Of a stretch of DNA of 64,000 nucleotides, positions 18,505 to 27,504 are shown one piece after another. The notes beneath the pieces were generated by a model. It was not told the DNA's origin. It did no database searches and was given only the letters and a program-made list of their open reading frames with translations. Every line of letters begins with the position of its first letter. Position 1 is the stretch's first letter. The translations under genes and the position numbers were made by a program. This stretch comes from Minisyncoccota bacterium (GTDB taxonomy: Bacteria; Patescibacteriota; Minisyncoccia; Minisyncoccales; GWA2-38-27): positions 3,603-67,602 of the forward strand of contig JAQVFW010000001.1 of the NCBI GenBank assembly GCA_028697015.1, read 5' to 3'.

Positions 18505-19782
18505 ATGGAAAAAATGAAATTTCAATCGGTGACGGGGATGCACGATATTCTGCCGGAAACGCAAAAGTATTTCAAAAAAATATACGAAACGGTTTCAATA
18601 ATCGCCGACTTTTATAATTTTGGTAAAATAGATACCCCTCTTTTGGAAAGTGCAGAGCTTTTTTCAAAAGGAGTCGGGGAAAATACAGATATTGTTGAAA
18701 AAGAGATGTATACTTTAAAAACTAAGAAAGGCGAAGTTCTTGCTTTAAGGCCTGAATGGACAGCGCCAATAGGAAGAGCGTATATAGAACACGGAATGCA
18801 CAATAGGCCTCAGCCTTTAAAACTATGGTATTTTGGCCCTTGCTTCAGGCATGAAAATCCTCAAGCGGGGAGATACAGGCAGTTTTGGCAATTCGGATTT
18901 GAAATTTTCGGAGAGAAAGAAGCGATTGTTGATGCCCAAATTATTCAAATTTTCTACAATATTTTAAAAGAACTTAAGATAAAAGATGTTGTTGTTGATA
19001 TTAACAGCATAGGAGATAACCAATGCAGGGGATATTACAAAAAAACACTTTCCAAGTTTTTTAGGAGTAAGGAAGGGTATTTGTGCAGCGATTGCAAAAG
19101 AAGAATTAAAGGAAATATTCTCAGAGTTTTAGATTGTAAAAACGAAAAATGCGAAGACCTTAAGGGAGAAGCGCCTCAAATTCTTGATTATCTTTGCGAT
19201 GAATGCAAAAATCATTTTAAAGAGGTCTTAGAGTTTTTAGATGAACTTAATATTCCTTATTCCCTTAACTCCTCTCTTGTAAGAGGGCTTGATTACTACA
19301 CTAAAACGGTTTTTGAAATGGTTCAAAAGGAAAATAAGAAAATCGCTCTTGCCGGCGGCGGAAGATACGATGTTCTTATAAAAATGCTTGGAGGAAGAGA
19401 TGTTCCTGCTTGCGGAGCAGCAGCAGGAGTTGAAAGGCTTATAGAAATAATGAAATCTGAAAAGCTTGAAGGCGAATCAAAAAAAAGCGTTTCTGTTTTT
19501 GTTGCTCAGCTTGGTAATTTAGCCAAAAGGAAAGGACTGTATCTTTTTGAGGAATTAAGAAAAGCAAAGATTAAAACAGGGGAATCTTTCGGCAAAGATT
19601 CTTTGCGTTCCCAGCTTGCGAGAGCAGACCGTCTTGGAGCGCGCTATACGGCAATTATCGGACAAAAAGAGGCCCTTGAAAACATGGTAATGTTAAGAGA
19701 TATGAAGACGGGAAAGCAAGACGAAGTCAGTTTTGAAAAAGCAGCCCTTGAAATTAAGGAGCGCTTGAAAAAAGAGAAATAA
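18505..19782 (+). CDS. hisS: histidyl-tRNA synthetase
   Basis: GMHDILP, the class II motifs (ALRPEWT, FRHENPQAGRYRQFWQ, GGGRYD) and an anticodon-binding domain. Confidence 0.95.
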   Translation: MEKMKFQSVTGMHDILPETQKYFKKIYETVSIIADFYNFGKIDTPLLESAELFSKGVGENTDIVEKEMYTLKTKKGEVLALRPEWTAPIGRAYIEHGMHNRPQPLKLWYFGPCFRHENPQAGRYRQFWQFGFEIFGEKEAIVDAQIIQIFYNILKELKIKDVVVDINSIGDNQCRGYYKKTLSKFFRSKEGYLCSDCKRRIKGNILRVLDCKNEKCEDLKGEAPQILDYLCDECKNHFKEVLEFLDELNIPYSLNSSLVRGLDYYTKTVFEMVQKENKKIALAGGGRYDVLIKMLGGRDVPACGAAAGVERLIEIMKSEKLEGESKKSVSVFVAQLGNLAKRKGLYLFEELRKAKIKTGESFGKDSLRSQLARADRLGARYTAIIGQKEALENMVMLRDMKTGKQDEVSFEKAALEIKERLKKEK

Positions 19783-19876
19783 TTTGCTAGTATTGCCTTG
19801 TTGAACAGTTTTTAAATATAATATTTGTGGATTTTCGACAGAAAGTCGGCAATCTGCGATTGAAAAGATTTAAATT

Positions 19877-20113
19877 ATGCCACTGGAAGTAAAAAAACAA
19901 GAAAAAGAAACCCCTCAAAGCCTGTCTCGCCGTTTTTCAAGAAAAATGAAAATGAGCGGAATTTTGCTTGGAGCGAGAAAAAAAAGATTCCATGAGAGAG
20001 AAAAAAGCGAACAAATGAAAAAAAGGTCTGCCCTAAGAAGAAATGAGTTGAAAAAGGAATATGAAAAAATGGAAAAAATGGGCAAGCCGGTTCAAAAAAA
20101 GTGGAAAAGATAA
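19877..20113 (+). CDS. rpsU: 30S ribosomal protein S21
   Basis: MPLEVKK...ETPQSLSRRFSRKMKMSGILLGARKKRFHEREKSEQ matches the bS21 pattern (ALRRFKR...GIL...RKR..). 78 aa and very basic. Confidence 0.8.
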   Translation: MPLEVKKQEKETPQSLSRRFSRKMKMSGILLGARKKRFHEREKSEQMKKRSALRRNELKKEYEKMEKMGKPVQKKWKR

Positions 20114-20574
20114 AAGAGAAAATAAAAGAGGATTTGGTTCTTGCGATGAAAAGCAAAGAGACGCTTACTCTTTCAGTTTTAAGGATGCTTTTGTCTTCAA
20201 TTTTACTGAAAGAAAAAGACAAGAATTATCAGCTCAGAAAAGAAAATGACAGAGCAAAAGATGTCGAGCTTACAGATGAAGAAGTTCTTAAGGTTATTTT
20301 TTCAGAAGTTAAAAAAAGGAAAGATTCCGTTTTAGCTTTTCAAAAAGGAAACAGAGAGGATCTTGTTAAAAAGGAAAGTGAAGAAATAGCTATTTTGGAA
20401 AAATATCTTCCCAGGCAGCTGACCGAAGAAGAAATAAAAGAAATAGCAGAAAAACTGGTAAAAAGGGGAGATAATTTTGGAGAAGCGATGTCAAAAGTTA
20501 TCCAGAAAATAAGCGGCAGAGCGGATGGAGCAAAAGTTAGCAAGGCGGTAAAAGAGATTTTAGGCATTGCGTAA
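20101..20574 (+). CDS. GatB/YqeY domain protein
   Basis: EKIKEDLVLAMKSKETLTLSVLRMLLS and EEIAILEKYLP are typical of YqeY. GTG start overlaps rpsU by 13 nt. rpsU-yqeY linkage is common. Confidence 0.75.
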   Translation: MEKIKEKIKEDLVLAMKSKETLTLSVLRMLLSSILLKEKDKNYQLRKENDRAKDVELTDEEVLKVIFSEVKKRKDSVLAFQKGNREDLVKKESEEIAILEKYLPRQLTEEEIKEIAEKLVKRGDNFGEAMSKVIQKISGRADGAKVSKAVKEILGIA

Positions 20575-20609
20575 ATATAGATTGTTTTGATTTTTAATTT
20601 TTGTTTGCT

Positions 20610-20990
20610 ATGATTGAAGTGAATAATCTTACAAGAACCTTTAAAAAAACCGAGCTTTTAAAAAAAACAGCAAAAAGAGTTATAAAGGGAGAGAAATGCG
20701 ATAATTGCAATCTTTCAATAGTTGTTGTGGGTGAGAAAAGAATGAAAGCGATAAATAGAAAGTATAGAAAGAAAAATAAACCGACAGATGTTCTTTCTTT
20801 TTCTATGGATGATGATTTTTCAAACCGCAGTCGGGATTTGGGAGAAGTTGTTATTTGTCCAAAGCAGATTAAGGGCAAAAAAGGGTTAGAGAGGACAATT
20901 ATTCACGGGATTCTTCATCTTCTTTCTTACGACCACAAAAAGAAAGACGATGAAAATAAAATGGTAGAAAGAGAAAATTTTTATTTATAA
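20610..20990 (+). CDS. ybeY: rRNA maturation endoribonuclease YbeY
   Basis: TDVLSF and HGILHLLSYDH zinc-binding motifs. ATG at 20610 (the track starts at TTG 20601). Confidence 0.9.
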   Translation: MIEVNNLTRTFKKTELLKKTAKRVIKGEKCDNCNLSIVVVGEKRMKAINRKYRKKNKPTDVLSFSMDDDFSNRSRDLGEVVICPKQIKGKKGLERTIIHGILHLLSYDHKKKDDENKMVERENFYL

Positions 20991-20997
20991 AAGTGGC

Positions 20998-22230
20998 ATG
21001 GCGTACTGCGTTGCTTCTTTTTTAAAAAACAAACTAATGCCAAGGTCAAAAATAATTACAGGAATTGATCTCGGGACATCCGCGATAAAAATTCTATCGG
21101 TTTTAAAAACCGGAAACAAAGAGGGTTTTGAAGTTTTAGGACTGAGGCAATTTCCTTCTTCAGGCATAAGAAAAGGCATTATTATTGATACTCAAAAAGC
21201 AACAAATGCAATTTTTTTCGCGGTAAAGGAGATGGAAAAAGAAATAGGGAGAGAAATAAGGGAGGTGTCTGCAAATATAGGCGGGAAGCATATATTTTCC
21301 GTTTCTTCAAAAGGCCTTGTTTCTGTTTCCAGAGCTGATCAGAAAATATCTGAAAGCGATATAAGCAGGGTTTTGCAAAACGCAAAGACGTTTCCTCTTG
21401 ATTCTAATAAAGAAATATTGGAAATAATTTCCAAAGAGTTTGTTGTTGATGCGGTCGGAGGAATAAAGGATGTCCTTCATATGAAAGGTGTTCGGCTTGA
21501 AGCAGAAGTTCTTGCCATTTGCGGATTTTCTCCTTATATAAAAAATATTACCCAGTGTATTTTGGATGCCGGGATTTCCCAAAGTGATCTTACTCCGGGA
21601 GTTATTGCCGGTTCAAGAGCGGTATTAACTACCCAGGAAAAAGAAATAGGAGTTGTTTTTATCGATATAGGAGCGGAAACGACAGGAATTGCCGTTTATG
21701 AAGAAGGAGAGCTTATACATATTGCCGTTTTTCCGGTTGGTTCTGATAATATAAGAAACGATATAGCAATTTGTCTTAAGGTTGATATTGATACAGCAGA
21801 AAGAATTAAACAGGAGTTCGGCTCTTATGAAGAAAAATCCAAAAAAGATAAAAAAATAAAAATAGAAGGAGACGAACCGATAGTTTTTACTGAAAAATCA
21901 ATAAATCAAATTATTGAAGCGAGGATTTCGGAAATATTCGATTTGACAAATAAAGAGCTGGAGAAAATATCTCGTAAAGGAGTTTTACCCGCTGGAGCGG
22001 TTCTTTCCGGGGGAGGAGCAAAACTTCCCAAAGTAAAAGAACTTGCCAAAAAAGAATTGAAAATTTCCTGTCGGATAGGATGCGTTCAAGAATCTTTCTA
22101 TAACGATGACCCCTCTCTTGCAGTTGTCTGGGGATTGGTTTTAAATGAAGAAGATAACGGAAATGAATTGTCCGATTCAAGCAGTTTTAAATTGTTAATC
22201 AGGAAGTTTTTCAGGTCTTTTATACCATAA
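20998..22230 (+). CDS. ftsA: cell division protein FtsA
   Basis: Actin-fold phosphate motifs GIDLGTSAIK, FIDIGAETTG and LSGGGAKLP. The true start may be ATG 21037. Confidence 0.9.
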   Translation: MAYCVASFLKNKLMPRSKIITGIDLGTSAIKILSVLKTGNKEGFEVLGLRQFPSSGIRKGIIIDTQKATNAIFFAVKEMEKEIGREIREVSANIGGKHIFSVSSKGLVSVSRADQKISESDISRVLQNAKTFPLDSNKEILEIISKEFVVDAVGGIKDVLHMKGVRLEAEVLAICGFSPYIKNITQCILDAGISQSDLTPGVIAGSRAVLTTQEKEIGVVFIDIGAETTGIAVYEEGELIHIAVFPVGSDNIRNDIAICLKVDIDTAERIKQEFGSYEEKSKKDKKIKIEGDEPIVFTEKSINQIIEARISEIFDLTNKELEKISRKGVLPAGAVLSGGGAKLPKVKELAKKELKISCRIGCVQESFYNDDPSLAVVWGLVLNEEDNGNELSDSSSFKLLIRKFFRSFIP

Positions 22231-22238
22231 TTTATTCA

Positions 22239-23168
22239 ATGAAAAAGAAAACAAACATAAAAGTTATCGGAGTTGGCGGATCTGGTTCAAACGCCGTTTC
22301 AAGAATGTTGAAATGTAAAATCAAAGGAGTGGACTTTGTAACCATAAACGCCGATGCTCAAGACCTCAATAAAATATATGCAGGGGAAAAGATTAGAATA
22401 GGTGTAGAGCTTACAAAAGGGCTTGGTACGGGAATGAATCCGGATGTAGGGAAAAAAGCAGCCGAAGAACAAAAAGAGGAAATTAAAAATGCAATAGAAG
22501 GAGCAAATATGGTTTTTATCGCTTGCGGACTTGGAGGGGGATGCGGAACAGGGGCTGCTCCGGTTGTTGCTCAAATCGCAAAGGAAATGGGCGCTCTTAC
22601 GATAGCTGTTTGCACTAAGCCTTTTTCTTTTGAAGGAGCTTTTAGAATGGAGATAGCGCAGAAAGGATTAAAAGAGCTTAAAGAAAAAGTTGATAGTTTG
22701 ATTGTTGTTTCAAATGATAAGCTTCTTTCTGCTTTTGATAAAAGCACTACTGTTTCGGACGCTTTCTGGTTTTGCGATGAAATATTAAGACAGGCAGTTT
22801 CCGGAATTTCAGATTTAATTGTCCTTCCTGGTATTATAAACACTGATTTTGCCGATATAAAGGCGATTATGAAAAATTCAGGAACGGCTCTTTTTGGAAC
22901 AGGAATAGCCAAAGGAGAGCAGAGGGCCAAAGAAGCTGCAAAGCGGGCATTAAATTCTCCACTGCTTGATTTTTCCTGCAAAGGGGCAAAAGGGATTTTA
23001 TTTAATATATCCGGAGGGGAAGATATCAGCCTTCTTGAAGTTGAAGAAGCTGCAAATCTCATAACCGCGGAGATGGACCCTTCGGCAAGGGTGATATTTG
23101 GAGCCATACAAGATGAAAAGCTTAAAAAAGGAGAAATTAAGGTAACAATTATTGCAACAGGATTTTAG
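22239..23168 (+). CDS. ftsZ: cell division protein FtsZ (core only, no C-terminal tail)
   Basis: IKVIGVGGSGSNAV, GGGCGTGAAPV (tubulin signature), NTDFADI. Ends at ...VTIIATGF followed directly by a stop. Confidence 0.95.
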   Translation: MKKKTNIKVIGVGGSGSNAVSRMLKCKIKGVDFVTINADAQDLNKIYAGEKIRIGVELTKGLGTGMNPDVGKKAAEEQKEEIKNAIEGANMVFIACGLGGGCGTGAAPVVAQIAKEMGALTIAVCTKPFSFEGAFRMEIAQKGLKELKEKVDSLIVVSNDKLLSAFDKSTTVSDAFWFCDEILRQAVSGISDLIVLPGIINTDFADIKAIMKNSGTALFGTGIAKGEQRAKEAAKRALNSPLLDFSCKGAKGILFNISGGEDISLLEVEEAANLITAEMDPSARVIFGAIQDEKLKKGEIKVTIIATGF

Positions 23169-23222
23169 TACCTGTCATTTTCTTTTTTTTATTCTGTGGA
23201 AAACAGCCGTTTTTAAACAAGT

Positions 23223-23251
23223 TTGACCTTGTTTTTTTATTAAGGTAGAAT
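23223..23251 (+). promoter_or_regulatory. sigma70-like promoter upstream of nrdD
   Basis: TTGACC (23223-23228), 17-nt spacer, TAGAAT (23246-23251). Confidence 0.5.
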
Positions 23252-23285
23252 GGACTAATTTAAAAATAATTTTTAGAAAAACCTT

Positions 23286-25388
23286 ATGGAAAATAAAATA
23301 AAAAAAGTTCAAAGAAGGGATGGCACACTTGTAGATTTTAAAAAAGAGAAAATCAGCGAAGCTGTTTTTAAGGCGGTTACTTCTACCGGACAGGGAGACG
23401 GCATTATTTCAAAAAAAGTAACGGAAAAGGTTATTCAGATATTGGAAAGAAGGTTTAAAAAAGAAGAAATCCCGACGGTTGAACAGATCCAGGATATTGT
23501 TGAAGAAATTCTTATTATCGAAGGATTGGTTGAAACGGCAAAAGCCTATATTTTATACAGAGAACAAAGAAGAAAAATCAGAGAAACAGGAGAAGTTATT
23601 GATGAATCAAGCGAAAAAGTAGACAGTTATCTTAAGGAAATAGATTGGCAGGTAAACGAAAACGCCAATATGACATTTTCTCTTCAGGGGCTTAATCAAT
23701 ATGTCGGCTCCTATATATCCAAAAAATATTGGCTCAATAAAATTTATCCAAAAGAGGTAAGGGAAGCGGCGGCAAACGAGGATTTTCATATTCATAATTT
23801 GGAACTGCTGGCTCCATATTGCGCCGGATGGGATTTGCAAGATTTTTTAAAAAAAGGGTTTGGAGGAGTTTCAAGCAAACTGGAATGCCGTCCGCCAAAA
23901 CACTTTAGAACCGCTCTTGGACAGCTGGTTAATGTCCTTTTTACTCTCCAGGGAGAAACAGCCGGGGCTAACGCCGTTTCCAATTTTGATACTCTTCTTG
24001 CTCCTTTTATTCGCCATGATAATTTAAATTACCCCCAGGTAAAGCAGGCAATACAGGAATTTTTATACAATTGCATGGTACCGACAAGAGTTGGCTTTCA
24101 AACTCCGTTTCTTAATGTTTCACTTGATATTAATCCGCCAAAAACATTAAAGGACGTTCCTGTCATAATCGGAGGAGAACCGCAAAAGGAGACATATGGA
24201 GAATTTCAAGAAGAAATGAATATGTTTAATAAGGCCTTTTATGAAGGACTTATGGAAGGAGATGCCAAGGGAAGACCTTTTACGTTTCCTATACCTACTG
24301 TTTCAATTACCAAGGATTTTAATTGGGATAATCCCACCCTTAAACCTCTTTGGGAAGCGACCGCAAAATACGGCATTAATTATTTTTCCAATTTTATTCA
24401 ATCGGACATGAGTCCGGACGATGCAAGGTCAATGTGCTGCCGTCTTCGTCTTGATAACAGAGAGCTTTTAAAAAGAGGAGGAGGTCTTTTCGGTTCAAAC
24501 CCTCTTACCGGTTCAATTGGCGTTGTAACAATAAATATGCCAAGAATCGGCTATCTTTCCAAAACCAAAAAAGAATTCTTTGAAAGATTGGAACGATTAA
24601 TGGATATTGCCAAAGAAAGCTTGGAGATAAAGAGAAAAGCTATTGAAAATTTTATGGAAAAAGGACTTTATCCTTATTCCAGGTATTATCTCTCGGATGT
24701 TAAAAAGATGAGAGGTTCATATTTCGGAAATCATTTTTCTACAATTGGGATTATGGGAGTAAACGAAGCTCTTCTTAATTTTTTAGACGAGGATATCGCT
24801 TCAAAAAAGGGAAGAAAGTTTGCCGTAGAAGTGCTTACCTTTATGAGAGAAATACTTGTAAAATTTCAAAAAGAAACAGGAAATCTTTATAACCTTGAGG
24901 CGACTCCGGGAGAAGGAACAAGCTATAGGCAGGCGAGAGCAGACAAAAAAAAGTATCCGGACATTATTACTGCAGGAACTAAAGAAGTTCCTTATTATAC
25001 AAATTCCACTCATCTTCCCGTCGGATATACCGATGATGCTTTTGAGGCCTTAAAACTGCAGGACGAATTACAATCCCAATACACCGGAGGAACCGTCTTG
25101 CATTTATTTTTAGGTGAAAAAATTGATAATCCTGAATCAGCTAAAATGTTTGTAAAAAAGGTATTTGAGAAATTTCATTTGCCGTATATTACTCTTACTC
25201 CCACGTTTTCGGTTTGTCCCGTCCACGGATATATTTCCGGGGAGCATTTTACTTGCCCGAAATGCGCCATTAAACAGCCCTGTGAGGTTTATTCAAGGAT
25301 TGTTGGGTATATAAGGCCTGTTCAGCAGTGGAATCACGGTAAAAAACAAGAATTCAAGGAAAGAAAGGAGTATAAAAACAAAGTGTAA
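23286..25388 (+). CDS. nrdD: anaerobic ribonucleoside-triphosphate reductase (class III)
   Basis: N-terminal ATP-cone, RSMCCRL thiyl-radical loop, C-terminal Zn site and glycyl-radical motif SRIVGYIRPV. 700 aa. Confidence 0.95.
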   Translation: MENKIKKVQRRDGTLVDFKKEKISEAVFKAVTSTGQGDGIISKKVTEKVIQILERRFKKEEIPTVEQIQDIVEEILIIEGLVETAKAYILYREQRRKIRETGEVIDESSEKVDSYLKEIDWQVNENANMTFSLQGLNQYVGSYISKKYWLNKIYPKEVREAAANEDFHIHNLELLAPYCAGWDLQDFLKKGFGGVSSKLECRPPKHFRTALGQLVNVLFTLQGETAGANAVSNFDTLLAPFIRHDNLNYPQVKQAIQEFLYNCMVPTRVGFQTPFLNVSLDINPPKTLKDVPVIIGGEPQKETYGEFQEEMNMFNKAFYEGLMEGDAKGRPFTFPIPTVSITKDFNWDNPTLKPLWEATAKYGINYFSNFIQSDMSPDDARSMCCRLRLDNRELLKRGGGLFGSNPLTGSIGVVTINMPRIGYLSKTKKEFFERLERLMDIAKESLEIKRKAIENFMEKGLYPYSRYYLSDVKKMRGSYFGNHFSTIGIMGVNEALLNFLDEDIASKKGRKFAVEVLTFMREILVKFQKETGNLYNLEATPGEGTSYRQARADKKKYPDIITAGTKEVPYYTNSTHLPVGYTDDAFEALKLQDELQSQYTGGTVLHLFLGEKIDNPESAKMFVKKVFEKFHLPYITLTPTFSVCPVHGYISGEHFTCPKCAIKQPCEVYSRIVGYIRPVQQWNHGKKQEFKERKEYKNKV

Positions 25389-25392
25389 TCCT

Positions 25393-26094
25393 ATGAAAAT
25401 AGGAGGTTTGCAAAAACTAACTCTTATTGATTATCCAGGGAAGCCTGCGGCTACTATTTTTCTTGCCGGATGTAATTTCCGATGCCCTTTTTGCTATTCA
25501 AAGGAATTAGTTTTGCCAAAGGAAATAGAAAATCATCCTCAAATTTTAGAAAAGGAAGTTTTTGATTTTTTAAAAGAAAGAAAGGGCTTTATTGACGGGG
25601 TGATTATTTGTGGCGGAGAGCCAAGCATTCACAAAGAGTTGCCTCAATTTATTAAAAAGATAAAGGATCTTGGTTTTTTGGTAAAGCTTGATACAAACGG
25701 GTCAAATCCTAAGATGCTTAGAAAATTGATAGAAGAAAAAATGGTTGATTATGTTGCTATGGATATAAAAGGGGCGCAGAAAAAATACGAAAAAGCGACT
25801 GGAGTTAATATAAATATAGAAGATATAAAAGAAAGCGTTAAAATTTTAAAAGAAGGGAAAACGGATTATGAATTTAGAACTACCGTTGTGCCTAAAATTC
25901 ATGCCAAAGAGGATTTTTTAGAGATAGGAAAATGGATAGGGGGAAATGATGTTAAATACTATCTTCAAAATTTCAGGGCTGAAAAAACAATAAATCCTCA
26001 ATTTGAAAAAACAAAACCTTTTCTTGACGGTTACATTCTTGAAATTATTAAAGAAATTTCTCCTTTTTTCAAAATTTGCAAACTGAGGCAATAA
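25393..26094 (+). CDS. nrdG: anaerobic RNR activating radical-SAM protein
   Basis: CNFRCPFC radical-SAM cluster motif and GGEP. Lies immediately downstream of nrdD. Confidence 0.9.
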   Translation: MKIGGLQKLTLIDYPGKPAATIFLAGCNFRCPFCYSKELVLPKEIENHPQILEKEVFDFLKERKGFIDGVIICGGEPSIHKELPQFIKKIKDLGFLVKLDTNGSNPKMLRKLIEEKMVDYVAMDIKGAQKKYEKATGVNINIEDIKESVKILKEGKTDYEFRTTVVPKIHAKEDFLEIGKWIGGNDVKYYLQNFRAEKTINPQFEKTKPFLDGYILEIIKEISPFFKICKLRQ

Positions 26095-26127
26095 TAAAAG
26101 CGCGGAAGGTTTGTTTAATATAAGAAC

Positions 26128-27474
26128 ATGACACTTTCAAAGTTTTTCTTTTATTGTTCTTCTTCTTTTATTTTCGGATTGTTTTTTTCTTCCTTATTTT
26201 CCTTGCCCTTTAATTTTGTTTTAGGGCTTTTTGTTTTAAGCTTTATTTTAATATTTGTTCTTTTCGAGTACAAAAGAGTGCCTTTAATAGGAATTTTTTC
26301 CCTATTTTTTCTTTTTGGTTTTGTAAGATACGATTTTGTCAAAACAGAATTTGTTGAAGAAAAAGAAATCTTATTGGTTTCAAAGATAACTTCCGAGCCG
26401 AAAGAAACGGAAAAAATAAAGAGCTTTAAAATAAATGATGTTTTGGTTATAACCGACAAATATTCCGATTATCAGTATGGAGATAAGATAAAGGCAGTTG
26501 GGATTTTAACAAAAGGGCCTCTTTTGTTTTTTCCCGAAATTGAAAAAATAGAATCAGGTAAGGGTTTTTACAAAATAATTCTTTCTTTTAAAGATAAGCT
26601 TAGGGAGGTCATAAATAGGAGCTTTTCTCCTCCTAAAAGCTCTGTTTTTTCAGCGATGACAATAGGAGATAAGCATAAAATGGATAATAATCTAAAAGAA
26701 AAGCTAAATATTTCCGGAACAAGGCATATTACGGCAATATCAGGGATGCATATTGCTCTTATTGGAACTTTTTTGATTATTTTCTTTATGGGAATCGGTC
26801 TTTCCAGGTCTTTATCCTTTTATTTTTCTATTCTTTTTCTGATATTTTTTGTCGCAATGATAGGTTTTCCGTCTTCCGGAGTAAGGGCGGCAATTATGGG
26901 AGGGGTGTATATGATTTCAAAAGTTAACGGAAGAATGAATACTGCCTCAAGAAACCTTTTTTTGACTGGCGCGTTTATGCTTTTATTCAATCCTTTGCTA
27001 ATCCATGATTACGGTTTTAACCTTTCCTTTCTCGCTGTTTTTGGAATTATCTATTTTTCTCCGGTTTTAAAAGAAAACATTTCTTTTTTGAAAAATTCAA
27101 AGAATACAGAAGACGCTTTTTTTATAGCTCTTTCCGCTTATGTCTTTACTTTTCCTTTTATTCTTTATAATTTTCATGAGGTGTCGCTTATCGCCGTTTT
27201 GACAAACATTATTATAATTCCTTTTGTATATTTAATTATGGTTTTCGGATTTCTTTTCTTAATTTTTGGAATAATTTTTCCTCTTATATCTTTTGTTTTT
27301 TTTATTCCTCTTTCTCTTTTTTTGTCCATCTTTCTTTTTATTATCGATTTTTTCTCCCTTTTTCCTTATTTAAAAATAGAAAATATTCACTTTACTGTTC
27401 CTCTTTTAATGTATTTATTTTTATTTATTCTTCTTTATAAGTTTAATAAAAAAAGCAGATATGGTAGAATATGA
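26128..27474 (+). CDS. comEC: ComEC/Rec2 DNA-uptake channel (membrane competence domain only)
   Basis: Polytopic protein with SGTRHITAISGMHIALIG (compare ISGLHI) and an OB-like N-terminal region. No C-terminal MBL domain in this ORF. Confidence 0.85.
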   Translation: MTLSKFFFYCSSSFIFGLFFSSLFSLPFNFVLGLFVLSFILIFVLFEYKRVPLIGIFSLFFLFGFVRYDFVKTEFVEEKEILLVSKITSEPKETEKIKSFKINDVLVITDKYSDYQYGDKIKAVGILTKGPLLFFPEIEKIESGKGFYKIILSFKDKLREVINRSFSPPKSSVFSAMTIGDKHKMDNNLKEKLNISGTRHITAISGMHIALIGTFLIIFFMGIGLSRSLSFYFSILFLIFFVAMIGFPSSGVRAAIMGGVYMISKVNGRMNTASRNLFLTGAFMLLFNPLLIHDYGFNLSFLAVFGIIYFSPVLKENISFLKNSKNTEDAFFIALSAYVFTFPFILYNFHEVSLIAVLTNIIIIPFVYLIMVFGFLFLIFGIIFPLISFVFFIPLSLFLSIFLFIIDFFSLFPYLKIENIHFTVPLLMYLFLFILLYKFNKKSRYGRI

Positions 27475-27504
27475 CTATCTTTTGGTTTTTTATTTTAAAT
27501 AAAA

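Noticed and set aside
22571-23107. 178-aa minus-strand ORF inside ftsZ, and similar antisense or alternate-frame ORFs inside gyrA (4805..5095, 5146..5616), glyA, folD, clpB, nrdD, copA (63141..63854) and others.
   Set aside because: All lie within strongly supported conserved genes. They have Ser/Phe/Ile-rich low-complexity translations typical of shadow frames and lack RBS or promoter signals.
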